A DNA stretch of 64,000 bases from Spirochaetia bacterium (GTDB lineage Bacteria; Spirochaetota; Spirochaetia; SZUA-6; Bin103). The notes under the pieces were generated by a model. The model saw only the letters and a list, made by a program, of their open reading frames with translations. It was not told where the DNA came from and made no database searches. This document shows, piece by piece, positions 1-11,398 of the stretch. The stretch is from the NCBI GenBank assembly GCA_965199955.1, contig CBDATQ010000001.1, positions 384,001 through 448,000 on the forward strand, read 5' to 3'. The position numbers and the translations under genes were made by a program. The stretch's first letter is position 1. Every line of letters starts with the position of its first letter.

Positions 1-902
1 GGGTGGCACTGGAAGATGTAGTAGGGGCGCACGCGGATCGCCAGCAGCCGGTGAACGAGCTCCAGCATCACCTGCGGGTCGTCGTTGACGCCCTTGAGCA
101 GCACGGTCTGGTTGCCGAGCGGCACCCCGGCGCGCAGCAGGCGGTCGCATGCCGCCGCCGCTTCCGGCGTGATCTCTTCGGGGTGGTTGAAGTGGGTGTT
201 CAGCCAGAGCGGATGGTGGCGGCCCAGCACCTCGCACAGCTCCGGCGTGATCCGTTGCGGCAGCGTGCACGGCGTGCGCGAGCCGGTGCGGATGATCTGC
301 ACGTGCTCGATGGCGCGCAGCCGGCCTGTCAGGTCGTCCAGTCGCTCGTCGGAGAACAGTAGAGGGTCGCCGCCGGTCACCAGCACGTCGCGGATCGCCG
401 GGGTGCGCGCGATGTAGTCGATGCCGGCCTGCACCTTGGCGCGCGTGTGGTGCTCCTCGGTGTTGCCGACGAAGTACTCGCGGAAGCAGTAGCGGCAGTA
501 GGTGGGGCAGACGTTGGTGATCTTGAATGCCACCCGGTCCGGGTACACGTGCACGACGGCGTCCACGGGCGAGTGCTGCTGCTCGAGCAGCGGATCCACT
601 GCGCCCAGGTCGTCGGTGAGCTCCTGCACCGCCGGAACCTGCTGCCGGCGCAGCGGGCACTCCGGGTCGTCGCGGTGCATGAGCGACGCGTAGTACGGGG
701 TGATCGCCCACCGGTACCGCGCGCCCGCGGAGTCGATGCCGGCCCGCTCGTCTTCTGTCAGGTCGACGTACCGCTCAAGGTCGGCGACGGACGTGATCCG
801 GTTGCGGAGCTGCCACCGCCAGTCGTCCCAGTGGCGATCGGGTATCCCGGCTGGTCGAGCAGTCCGTCGGGGTGGCGCGCCGACGGCGGATCCGAGGGTC
901 AA
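1..902 (-). CDS. KamA-family radical SAM aminomutase (lysine 2,3-aminomutase-like), runs off the left edge
   Basis: Not in the ORF track. Manual minus-strand translation gives WDDWRWQLRNRIT...HVYPDRVAFKITNVCPTYCRYCFR...DVLVTGGDPLL...NTHFNHPEEIT...GNQTVLLKGVND...VRPYYIFQC. CxxxCxxC and GGDPL motifs present. Probable TTG start at 902 overlaps the upstream TGA. Confidence 0.92.
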   Translation of the reverse strand, partial: MTLGSAVGAPPRRTARPAGIPDRHWDDWRWQLRNRITSVADLERYVDLTEDERAGIDSAGARYRWAITPYYASLMHRDDPECPLRRQQVPAVQELTDDLGAVDPLLEQQHSPVDAVVHVYPDRVAFKITNVCPTYCRYCFREYFVGNTEEHHTRAKVQAGIDYIARTPAIRDVLVTGGDPLLFSDERLDDLTGRLRAIEHVQIIRTGSRTPCTLPQRITPELCEVLGRHHPLWLNTHFNHPEEITPEAAAACDRLLRAGVPLGNQTVLLKGVNDDPQVMLELVHRLLAIRVRPYYIFQCH

Positions 903-1321
903 GCGCGATCCACCGCCAGCACGGCCAGCAGCTCGTCTGCGGTCACGATCGGTACCGGCGCCGACTGAAAGCCGTCGCGGTCTCGCGTGACGAGGTAGTC
1001 GGCGCCGCATCGGAGCGCGGAGCGAAGTTGCACGGTGTCTTCGAAGTCGCCGCCGCCCCCAGCCAACGCTTCATCCAGGAGCGGTGTGTCCACCTCGACC
1101 GGGCGGAACACTGATCGGATCAGGTGGAGGGACTGGTGAGCGCGCTGGTCGCCGCCGTGCTTTCGCAGCAGGTAATACACGTTGATGAAGCTGACGACGG
1201 AGACGAAGCCGTGGTGAGTGCCGGTCTCCGCGAGTGTCCACACACGGGCCGAGGACCCGTAGAAGGGCTCCCGCCGCATCAACACGTCGAGGAGCACGTT
1301 CGTATCCAGGAACAGCCGCAG
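899..1321 (-). CDS. PIN-domain (VapC-like) toxin
   Basis: RLFLDTNVLLDVL...DFEDTVQ...ADYLVTRD PIN motifs. The conserved LDTNV strand lies upstream of the first canonical start (1297), so the start is placed at CTG 1321. Confidence 0.85.
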   Translation of the reverse strand: MRLFLDTNVLLDVLMRREPFYGSSARVWTLAETGTHHGFVSVVSFINVYYLLRKHGGDQRAHQSLHLIRSVFRPVEVDTPLLDEALAGGGGDFEDTVQLRSALRCGADYLVTRDRDGFQSAPVPIVTADELLAVLAVDRA

Positions 1322-1326
1322 AATCG

Positions 1327-1599
1327 TTATGCTCCACGCGAGGCACCGTGCAGGTACTTCTCCTCCAGGGCCTCTTCGATCAACTCCCGGTCGGATCGGT
1401 GTGACCGCTGCGTCACCAGCCCGCTCGCCTGCCTGGTGATCGGACCAAGATCGCTCCGATCAGCCGTCGTCTCCCGATCGAGCGCCCGTATCACGCGGGC
1501 GAACAGCGCCGAAACGCTCATCCGACGCGACTTCGCCACGCGCTTTGCCAGAGCGACCAGCTCCTCCTCAGCGCTCAGGGTCAGTTTCACTCGGCCCAT
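1327..1599 (-). CDS. RHH-type antitoxin (DUF6364-like)
   Basis: MGRVKLTLSAEEELVALAKRVAKSRRMSVSALF...LGPITRQASGLV; 90 aa, directly upstream of the PIN gene. Confidence 0.8.
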   Translation of the reverse strand: MGRVKLTLSAEEELVALAKRVAKSRRMSVSALFARVIRALDRETTADRSDLGPITRQASGLVTQRSHRSDRELIEEALEEKYLHGASRGA

Positions 1600-1634
1600 A
1601 TACGTACGATAGCGAATCTTCGATACGTAAGCAA
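1600..1634 (-). promoter_or_regulatory. sigma70-like promoter with two TACGTA palindromes (putative antitoxin operator)
   Basis: Minus strand reads TTGCTT-17 nt-TATCGT-6 nt-ATG; TACGTA at 1601-1606 and 1624-1629. Confidence 0.6.
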
Positions 1635-1714
1635 CGCCCGGGCGCTTGTGAAGCGTGATGCCGCGAAGTCGAAGCGCGACCGGCATGCGAGGTGCTATCA
1701 TCGGGCGGATCGAG

Positions 1715-4195
<2,481 letters not shown>

Positions 4196-4252
4196 GTCGG
4201 CGGTCCGGTGCCGTTCTCGCTGCAACGCGTCATCCCGTGGGACGTTTTGTCG

Positions 4253-4263
4253 TGACATTGTCA
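4253..4263 (+). promoter_or_regulatory. Palindrome TGACA-T-TGTCA upstream of the antitoxin-like gene (putative operator)
   Basis: Perfect 5-bp-arm inverted repeat immediately before the AGGAG SD and ATG 4274. Confidence 0.4.
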
Positions 4264-4273
4264 AGGAGTTCAG

Positions 4274-4640
4274 ATGGAGCGGAAGATCGAGGTGTTTTCA
4301 GTGCGTGATCTTCGGGTGCGCTCCAGCGAGCTGGTGCGCGAAGCGGAGGCCGGCCAGGTTTCGATCATCACCAAGCGGGGCCAAGCCTGCCGTCCTGGCG
4401 CTGCCGTTCGGGAGCCGGCTGGTCGATCTGGGCCTCGACAAGGATCTTGCGCTCGCTCTGTTCGAGCAGGGACTGGTGACCCTGGCGAAGGCCGCACGGC
4501 TTGCGGGTGTCACGCAGGACGTGTTCATGGATCTGGTCGCCGATGCCGGTCTGGTCGCGGTGGACTATCCTCCCGAGGAACTGGCGGACGAGTTGCGCGT
4601 CGAGGAAGCGGGATCGCAAGGGGCGCGGGCGAACAGGTAG
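4274..4640 (+). pseudogene. Phd/YefM-like + UPF0175 antitoxin-like protein, frameshifted near 4377-4382
   Basis: First frame: MERKIEVFSVRDLRVRSSELVREAEAGQVSIITKRG. Second frame: KPAVLALPF...LALALFEQGLVTLAKAARLAG...DYPPEELADEL. The shift lies in GGGGCC. Confidence 0.75.
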
Positions 4641-5302
4641 GCGCGGCTGCTCCTTCCGACGACGGAAAGGGCGCCCATGTGCCGGAGGGTGTAGGTCATC
4701 TCGCCTGCGGCGGCAGGGGAGATGCCCGCGGCGCCGGCCAGCGCACGATTGGTGAATGGCTCCTGCAGACGCGGCGGCAGCAGACGTGCCAGGTCCGCCG
4801 GCGTGCGGAAGCGGCGCCGGCCGCGCACCTCCAGCAGCCGGGTGTCCAGCACGCTGATGCCGCGGCGGCGCCAGCTTCCGCGGCCGTCGGCGCAGCGCAC
4901 CTCTTCCACGTCTACCAGGAGCACGTCGAGCGTGAAGTTGGGATCGGTCATCAGGTACGGGATCCGGATCAGCTCGGCGAACAGGTCGCGGTAGGCGCCG
5001 CGCTTCGGCGACAGCCGGCGGCGCAGGACCTGTCCCCGCGCGTCCGTGGTCACGATCCATTTCCGCTCTGCGATCGGGAACACCAGGCGCACGCGATGGG
5101 TGTTGACCAGCCGGGTCAACTTGCGCTTGAGCTTCGCGAAGCCGCGGGTCTGGATCTCGATCAGAGTACCTCGCCGCACCAAGTCGATCACGTAGCCGTC
5201 CATCGGCACCTCGACCCGGTCGCGGGGCAGCGAGTACCAGGACTTCAACTCCGCGTGCAGCGACCGTTCGCGCAATTCTCCGATGGTGCGTGCGTGCCCC
5301 AC
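4565..5302 (-). CDS. Hypothetical protein with PD-(D/E)XK-like nuclease motif and possible C-terminal HTH
   Basis: ERSLHAELK...EVPMDGYVIDLVRRGTLIEIQT (D...ExQ); C-terminal PFTNRALAGAAGIS...MTYTLRHMG. Confidence 0.6.
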   Translation of the reverse strand: MGHARTIGELRERSLHAELKSWYSLPRDRVEVPMDGYVIDLVRRGTLIEIQTRGFAKLKRKLTRLVNTHRVRLVFPIAERKWIVTTDARGQVLRRRLSPKRGAYRDLFAELIRIPYLMTDPNFTLDVLLVDVEEVRCADGRGSWRRRGISVLDTRLLEVRGRRRFRTPADLARLLPPRLQEPFTNRALAGAAGISPAAAGEMTYTLRHMGALSVVGRSSRAYLFARAPCDPASSTRNSSASSSGG

Positions 5303-5345
5303 ACTTACCCTATCGGCAGACTGGCGGCCGCCCGCGCGAGAGGCG

Positions 5346-6605
5346 CTACAGCACCTCCTGCAGCACGTAGAAGTAGTTCTGGTCGGTGCCGAAGATCAGC
5401 AGGTCGCGCGACGCCACCGGGGCGCTCAACACCGCGCCGTCCAGCTCCATTTCCCACAGCAGGCGGCCGTTGCGGGCCGACAGGCAGATCAGGCGGGGCG
5501 GGTCGCCGCGGAGCGGGTCGCCGCGCACGCCGAAGTACAGGCGGCTGCCGGCGACGGTCGGGGCGCTCGACGTGGGCTGCTCCAGCGTCACCCGCCACGC
5601 CTCACGGCCGCTGCCGGCTTCGAAGGCGCGCACAACCTGGTCGCCGCTGGTGTAGATCACCAGGTTGCGCCAGAGCGCCGGCGCCATGTAGTCCAGCAGT
5701 TTGATGTTGTCCCAGAATAGGCGGACCGGGTTGTAGGCGGAATCCTCGCCGAAGTAGGGCTCCTCCCTCTTGCGCCAGAGCTCGCGCCCGGTGGTGCGGT
5801 CCAGCGCCAGGTAGTTGAGCACCGTGGCGCCGCCGGTGGCGTAGTACATGTTCTGGCCGCGCAGGGCCGGAAACGAGTACCAGTTGACGTACGGGTCGTC
5901 GCCGTCGACGTACCACAGGTACGAGCGGCTTTCGATGTCGTAGGCGCCGAAGCTGACGCCGCGTTCGGGCGGCGCGGGTGCCCAGTAGATGACCCCCTCG
6001 TACACCTGGAACGTGTGGTAGGACCAGATCGGATTGGGGATGCGGTGCACTTCAAGGCCGTCCGGGTCAAGGAAGTACGACGCGCCGTTGTCACTGGTGA
6101 AGATGATCAGGTCGTCGTAGCGCAGGATCAGCGACTGCACGGTGGACTCGGTCTGGAACGACCACAGTTCCTCGCCACCGTCGCGCGACACCGCGTACAC
6201 GCTGCCGTCGTTGGACCCGAAGTAGACGGCGTCCTCGTCCGCGTACGGCACGGAGTTGTTCGGCGCGCGCGCCTTGAAGATCCAGCGCATGTAGCCCGAC
6301 TCGGCGTCCAGGGCGTAGAAATTGCCGTCGTCGGCGCCGAAGTAGATCGTGCCGTCGTAGACGATCGGGGGATTGAACGAGGTCGCCTGCCGGCCCACCT
6401 GCAGGGGCAGCTTCCACTTGAGTGCCAGCGGCGGCGCCACCGTCGTGGGGGCGACGCCGCGGCCCTGGCGCCCGCGGAACTCCAGCCAGTCGCCCGCGCT
6501 GCAGGCGTTCAACCCCAGCGCCGCGGCGGCGGTGATCGCGATGGCCGCCGCGCGCGGGCCGGTCAGCAGGAGAGCCCCCGCAGGCTGAACAGGCGCTTCA
6601 GCCAC
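5346..6605 (-). CDS. PQQ-like beta-propeller repeat (BamB-like) lipoprotein
   Basis: Hydrophobic signal ending LGLNAC (lipobox), then repeated IYFGADDGNFYALDAESGYMRW-type blades. Start uncertain (GTG 6605 or CTG 6566). Confidence 0.85.
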   Translation of the reverse strand: MAEAPVQPAGALLLTGPRAAAIAITAAAALGLNACSAGDWLEFRGRQGRGVAPTTVAPPLALKWKLPLQVGRQATSFNPPIVYDGTIYFGADDGNFYALDAESGYMRWIFKARAPNNSVPYADEDAVYFGSNDGSVYAVSRDGGEELWSFQTESTVQSLILRYDDLIIFTSDNGASYFLDPDGLEVHRIPNPIWSYHTFQVYEGVIYWAPAPPERGVSFGAYDIESRSYLWYVDGDDPYVNWYSFPALRGQNMYYATGGATVLNYLALDRTTGRELWRKREEPYFGEDSAYNPVRLFWDNIKLLDYMAPALWRNLVIYTSGDQVVRAFEAGSGREAWRVTLEQPTSSAPTVAGSRLYFGVRGDPLRGDPPRLICLSARNGRLLWEMELDGAVLSAPVASRDLLIFGTDQNYFYVLQEVL

Positions 6606-8923
6606 GCGACCAGGCCGCGCCGGCGCATCTGCGTGGCCGCCGCCAGGGCGGCGACGCGCAACTCGCCGGCGGCGCGGGCGTCCGGCGGGTTCGGCCGGTA
6701 GCGGAGCGCGGTGTAGCGCTGGGCGAAGCCCTGCAGCTCCGGATACCGCTCGGCGTATTCGCGGGCGGTCTCCACCGGGGACTTGATCGCGTAGCCGTCG
6801 GCCGCCAGCCGCATGTACAAGAGCGACGCACGCGCCCGCAGACCGTGCCGGGTGGGCGCGCGCGCGGCCAGGGCCAGGATCCCCTCGCGCCCGTACCGCC
6901 ACGCGTAGGCGCCGGCCACCCCGGCGATGGCCAGCGCACCGGCCAGGCGCAGCACCAGCAGCCACGGGAACTGGAAGTCGCGGTCGAGCCGGTCCTCGAT
7001 CTGGATGATGGGGATGACGACGTCCTGGCCGGTGGCGCCCAGCTCGGGCGGCGGCTGGATGGCGAACTGCGTGGCCTCGATGTCCACCCAGCCGTAGCTC
7101 GGCAGGTAGTACTGGGTCCAGGAGTGGCGGTGCGCGGTGGTGATCAGGTAGAGCTGGTCGAGCGGGAACTCCTGCAGCGGCTCGATCACCTCTCGCAGGC
7201 TCTGCAGGCCGCGCCGGTGCACGTCGGTCTGCAGGCTCTCGGTCCCGAGCCAGCCGGTGACCACGCGGCTGGGGATGCCGGCGATCCGCCCCAGGATCGC
7301 GGCCGTGTTGGAGAACTCCGTGCAGTCGCCGGTGCGGGTCTCGAACAGGAACAGCTCCAGGTGGTCGACCGACACGTCGTCGGTGAAGCCGATCTCGTAC
7401 TGGCAGGTGTCGAAGGAGCGCAGGATCGCGTCGATCTTGTCGAAGTAGCCGGCGGCGCCGGCGGTGACCTCCGCGGCGTACTGCTCGAAGCCGGCCAGCG
7501 TCTCGCCGTCGAACGGAACCTCCAGGTAGGGGGCGAGGGCGCTGCGCTCGGCCGCGGACAGTTCGCCCAGCCAGCGCCACTGCTCGGGTCCGGTGGCGCT
7601 CACGCGCGACACCGTCCAATACGAGAGGTCGAACGGATGGTAGAGCCGGTTCATCACCGTCGGCTCGATCTCGTACGGCCGGTACGGCATGACCCGGTCG
7701 TCGATCGAGGACAGGAAGAAGTACTCCCGCGGCTCGCGCCGGCGGTCGGGCAGGCGCAGCACGTCGACCCAGGTGGTCAGCAGGCGCTGGTTCACCAGGT
7801 CGTTGAGCGGCTCGTCGATGCTGTAGGTGAAGCCGCCCTCGGGATGCAGGTCGGCGAAGTAGCCGTCGGCCGCGTACACGGGATCGGTGGCGCTGGCGAT
7901 CACCATGCGCGCGTACTGCCGGGCCTCTCCGTCGCCTTCGCCTTCCTCGCCCTGGCCGTCGCCCTCGCCTTCCTCGCCTTGTCCCTGCCCCTCGCCCTGC
8001 TGCTGTCCCTGGCCGCCACCTTCGGCGCCCGCGCCCTGGCCGGCGCCGGAGTCGTTCCAGCGGTCGGCCGGTACGCCCTCCAGGCGCTGCTGGCCGTCCG
8101 CCTGTCCGCCCTGCTGGTTCTGCGCGTCATCGCCCTGGCCGCCCTGTCCGGTGGCGTCCGACTGTTCGCCCTGTCCGCCCTGGCCCCCGCGCTGCGACGG
8201 GTCCTGCTGCGGGTCGAGCGGGCGCAGGTTGCCGCCGGGCGGCCCGGAGGAGTCCGCGCCGATCGGCTGCGGCTCCGGCACGGCGACCTCGTTCAGGTTG
8301 TTGAAGGCGATGCGGTTGGAGACGAAGTCGGGCGGCAGCAGCACGCCCAGGGCGATGCTGACCGGCAGCGCGAACATCGCGAACGTGGCCAGCTCGCGCC
8401 GGCGGAAACGGCCCCCGGACTCGGGAAACGCCGCCAGGTAGAGCGCCAGCGCGTGCAGGAGGAAACCGCAGGTGATCATGACCACCAGCGCGGTGGTGAT
8501 GCGCAGGCTCTCCTCGGCGATCACGTCGTTGGCGCGGGAGAAACGCAGCAGCTTCAGGAGCACGTAGCCCACGAACAGGAGCTCCGCGACGGCGACCAGG
8601 TGGCCGTGCTCGCGGGCTTGGAAGACAAGCGCGGTCAGCACGAACGCCGCGAGCCCCACCCCGATCACGGTCAGGCTGGTCCGGTCGAGGCCGGGACCCG
8701 CGACCGCCGCGACGACCGCCAGGCCGAGCGCCGCTGCCAGCCAGTACGGGAGCCGCATCCGCGGCGGCTTGAGGAAGGCGGCCAGGGCCATCTCCAGCGG
8801 CACCAGCGCGAACCACGTCACCCAGCCGACGCGGTCGTAGGAGATCGTCACCGCCGGGTGCACGATCGGGATGGCGATCGCCACCAGGTAGACCAGCAGG
8901 CGCGTCCCGAACAGAAGGGTCAC
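6563..8923 (-). CDS. Membrane protein with transglutaminase-like domain
   Basis: Several N-terminal TM segments, G/Q/E-rich linker, GDCTEFS...GIPSRVVTGW...HSWTQYYLPSYGWVDIEAT, then a C-terminal TM. Confidence 0.9.
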   Translation of the reverse strand: MTLLFGTRLLVYLVAIAIPIVHPAVTISYDRVGWVTWFALVPLEMALAAFLKPPRMRLPYWLAAALGLAVVAAVAGPGLDRTSLTVIGVGLAAFVLTALVFQAREHGHLVAVAELLFVGYVLLKLLRFSRANDVIAEESLRITTALVVMITCGFLLHALALYLAAFPESGGRFRRRELATFAMFALPVSIALGVLLPPDFVSNRIAFNNLNEVAVPEPQPIGADSSGPPGGNLRPLDPQQDPSQRGGQGGQGEQSDATGQGGQGDDAQNQQGGQADGQQRLEGVPADRWNDSGAGQGAGAEGGGQGQQQGEGQGQGEEGEGDGQGEEGEGDGEARQYARMVIASATDPVYAADGYFADLHPEGGFTYSIDEPLNDLVNQRLLTTWVDVLRLPDRRREPREYFFLSSIDDRVMPYRPYEIEPTVMNRLYHPFDLSYWTVSRVSATGPEQWRWLGELSAAERSALAPYLEVPFDGETLAGFEQYAAEVTAGAAGYFDKIDAILRSFDTCQYEIGFTDDVSVDHLELFLFETRTGDCTEFSNTAAILGRIAGIPSRVVTGWLGTESLQTDVHRRGLQSLREVIEPLQEFPLDQLYLITTAHRHSWTQYYLPSYGWVDIEATQFAIQPPPELGATGQDVVIPIIQIEDRLDRDFQFPWLLVLRLAGALAIAGVAGAYAWRYGREGILALAARAPTRHGLRARASLLYMRLAADGYAIKSPVETAREYAERYPELQGFAQRYTALRYRPNPPDARAAGELRVAALAAATQMRRRGLVAWLKRLFSLRGLSC
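7931..7984 (-). repeat. Imperfect 27-bp coding tandem repeat (GQGEEGEGD x2) in the low-complexity linker
   Basis: Translation GQGEEGEGDGQGEEGEGDG; DNA unit gtcgcc(t/c)tcgccttcctcgcc occurs twice. Confidence 0.7.
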
Positions 8924-10269
8924 GACAGCCCCACCTCGAGCGGCTCGTCTTCCACGTGGACGTTCGTCCCGCGGAGCGAGGGGCCGAGCGCGAAACGCTC
9001 GCGGCGCAGCGCCCAGGGACCGGGAACGAGTGAAGCCGACACCGGCCGCAATGCCAGCCTGGTCCTGTCGTCGTCCTCCACGCGCGGCGGAATCGCGGAC
9101 ACGGTGCGATACACGTGCACGGCGGTGTCGCCGAGCTGCGCCACGTGCGCGGCAAGGCCGGCGTCGAACGCAGTGGTGAAGATGAACAGCTCGTGCGGCT
9201 GCACCTCGAGCCGGTGCTCGGGGCCGGTCGCGAAGGTGACCGAGGCGAGACGGCGGGCCAGGTCGTCGATGTCCTCGACGGTGTCCACGTCGTGCTCGCC
9301 GGCACCGGTGATGACCCGGAAGGTGAAGTCCTCATGCTCGGCCTTGACCGCGCGCAGGAACGTCAGCAGCCAGCTCTTCAGGTAGTCGAGGTGGAGCACC
9401 GAGTCGAGCGTCTCCGGGCCCGCCGGCCGGTAGTGGCGGAGCTCGACGTGCAGCAGGCGGGTCTGCTGCTCGCTGACCGGGGAGATGCGGGTAATCAGCT
9501 CATTGAGGCGGCTGGACGCCTTCCAGTTTATGTCCTTCAGGCGGTCGCCGGGCTCGTATTCGCGCATGTAGTAGCGCTCCTCGTCGGAGGAGCGCTGCCG
9601 GCGGGTGGTGTCGTCCCCAACGGCCGCGTCGATCTTCGGGGCCGAGCGCGCAGGCAGCGCCGCCGGGCGCACCGGCAGCAGCCGGCGTTCGTCGCGGCCC
9701 GGCAGGTGGCTGCGGGTCAGCCCGAACACGTCGCGCACCGCCAGCCGGGCACGCACCTCCAGGTCGCCTGCGACCGGCAGCTCCAGGCGGAGCGGCAGCT
9801 CCTCCGACGCCGACGAGACCTCCGCGCGCAGGTGCACGGCCGCCCGGTTGCCGGCGCGCAGTCGTCCGCTGAACCGCGCGTGCAGGCGGTAGAAGTAGTG
9901 CGGCCGGCCGGCGCCCGGCGCCTTCAGGTCAAGGAGGCCCGCGGTGCGGGCGGACAGCGGCCCGCCGGTGTCCCACGCCATCGTGACGGCGGCCATGCGG
10001 CGCGCCTGCAGCCGGCCGTCGAAGGCCAGCACCGCCAGCACGAGCGTGGCGGCGGCGGACAGCACGAACTCGTAGCTGTTGTCCGTCGCGAACGCGCTGC
10101 CGGCCAGGTAGCCCGCGGCCGCCAGCAGGCCGGTGCCCGGCAACGTGAACGGGTAGTAGCGCAGCGCCGCGCGCGCGGCGGTCCGACGGGGGTGGTCGTG
10201 GGAGCGGATCGGTGTCTGCGACCAGGGCCGCAAACGGGGCAGGAGGCGTGCAGGCGATGCGGTCGCCAT
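8920..10269 (-). CDS. DUF58 domain protein
   Basis: VRDVFGL, MREYEPGDRLKDINWKASSR; two N-terminal TMs; ATG coupled to the moxR stop (TGATG). Confidence 0.9.
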   Translation of the reverse strand: MATASPARLLPRLRPWSQTPIRSHDHPRRTAARAALRYYPFTLPGTGLLAAAGYLAGSAFATDNSYEFVLSAAATLVLAVLAFDGRLQARRMAAVTMAWDTGGPLSARTAGLLDLKAPGAGRPHYFYRLHARFSGRLRAGNRAAVHLRAEVSSASEELPLRLELPVAGDLEVRARLAVRDVFGLTRSHLPGRDERRLLPVRPAALPARSAPKIDAAVGDDTTRRQRSSDEERYYMREYEPGDRLKDINWKASSRLNELITRISPVSEQQTRLLHVELRHYRPAGPETLDSVLHLDYLKSWLLTFLRAVKAEHEDFTFRVITGAGEHDVDTVEDIDDLARRLASVTFATGPEHRLEVQPHELFIFTTAFDAGLAAHVAQLGDTAVHVYRTVSAIPPRVEDDDRTRLALRPVSASLVPGPWALRRERFALGPSLRGTNVHVEDEPLEVGLS

Positions 10270-11282
10270 CAGCCGGCGAGCGCGGGCACCCGGTCCACCC
10301 TGACGTTCGAGCGCACCTCGTCGATGACGGCGCGCGCGTCGCCGTCGGTGTCTTCCAGCAGCAGGCGGTGGCTGACGCCGGGTACCAGCACCTCCTTGGC
10401 CAGGTCGATCGTCACGAACTCCTCGCCGCGCACCAGGGCCAGGGCGCGTGCCAGCCGGGACAGCTTGACGCCGGTGCGGGGGCTGGCGCCCGACTCCACC
10501 GCCGGATGGCGGCGGGTTCGGCGCACGCACTCGACCAGGTAGGTGACGACCTCGTCGTGGATGAAGATCCGGTCGACCAGCCGCTGCCACGCGACCAGCT
10601 CGTCGCACGACACGACCGGCCCGATCTGGTCCCAGGCGTCCTCGCGCCCGTGCTGCTTGACGATGCGCTCCTCGTCCGCGGTCGACGGGAAGCCCAGGGA
10701 GAGCTGCACCATGAAGCGGTCGAGCTGCGGGATCGGCAGCGGGAACAGGTGGGCGCCCTTGAGGTTCATGGTGGCGATGATGAAGAACGGGTCAGGCAGC
10801 CGGTACGTGGTGCCCTCCACGGTCACGGCCTGCTCCTCCATCGCCTGCAGGAAGCTGCCCTGCGTCTTGGGGGTCAGCAGGTTGATCTCGTCGCAGAGCA
10901 CGAAGTGCGCGAACAGGGGACCGCGCGTGAAGGTGAAGGAGCCGCTGGCGATGTCGTAGCGGTTGAAGCCCAGGATGTCCTGCGGCAGCAGGTCGACCGT
11001 GCACTGGATGCGGCTGAATTGGTCGATGCCGACGCCTTGATCGGACGTCTCGGTCGTGTGCCAGCGGATGGAGGCGGCCAGCGCCTTGGCCAGAGACGTC
11101 TTACCCACGCCGTGCGAATCGGCCAGGATGACGTGGCCGCCGGCCAGCTTGGCCGCCAGCAGGTGCTCGATCGTGCGGGCGTCGATGGAGATGAGCGAGC
11201 GGACGTTGTCGATGATGCGGCGGATGCCGTCGCTGGCGTCGCGCACGGCGTCGGGCGTTGCGCCGTCATTCCACTCACTCAT
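10269..11282 (-). CDS. MoxR-family AAA+ ATPase
   Basis: DSHGVGKT Walker A, SRIQCTVDLLPQDILG, VLCDEIN, FLQAMEEQAVTVEG, FPLPIPQLDRF, GASPR. Confidence 0.95.
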   Translation of the reverse strand: MSEWNDGATPDAVRDASDGIRRIIDNVRSLISIDARTIEHLLAAKLAGGHVILADSHGVGKTSLAKALAASIRWHTTETSDQGVGIDQFSRIQCTVDLLPQDILGFNRYDIASGSFTFTRGPLFAHFVLCDEINLLTPKTQGSFLQAMEEQAVTVEGTTYRLPDPFFIIATMNLKGAHLFPLPIPQLDRFMVQLSLGFPSTADEERIVKQHGREDAWDQIGPVVSCDELVAWQRLVDRIFIHDEVVTYLVECVRRTRRHPAVESGASPRTGVKLSRLARALALVRGEEFVTIDLAKEVLVPGVSHRLLLEDTDGDARAVIDEVRSNVRVDRVPALAG

Positions 11283-11398
11283 GGCGGGTCACTCAAGGCG
11301 GGTGGCCGTCGGTACGGCAGTACGGAAGATTAGGGCTATCGTACCGAACGGTCAACGAACGCGACATGAACGGGACGTGAACATGACATGATCGGTGA

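Noticed and set aside
4274..5704. 476-aa ORF starting with a Phd-like N-terminus
   Set aside because: Only the first ~36 codons are real; the rest is read-through after a frameshift, antisense to other genes
6606..7619. Long N-terminal extension of the PQQ ORF, and similar extensions of the Gfo (15017) and FucU (15919) ORFs
   Set aside because: Alternative frames of the upstream genes, Arg/Pro-rich nonsense; true starts lie near the upstream stops
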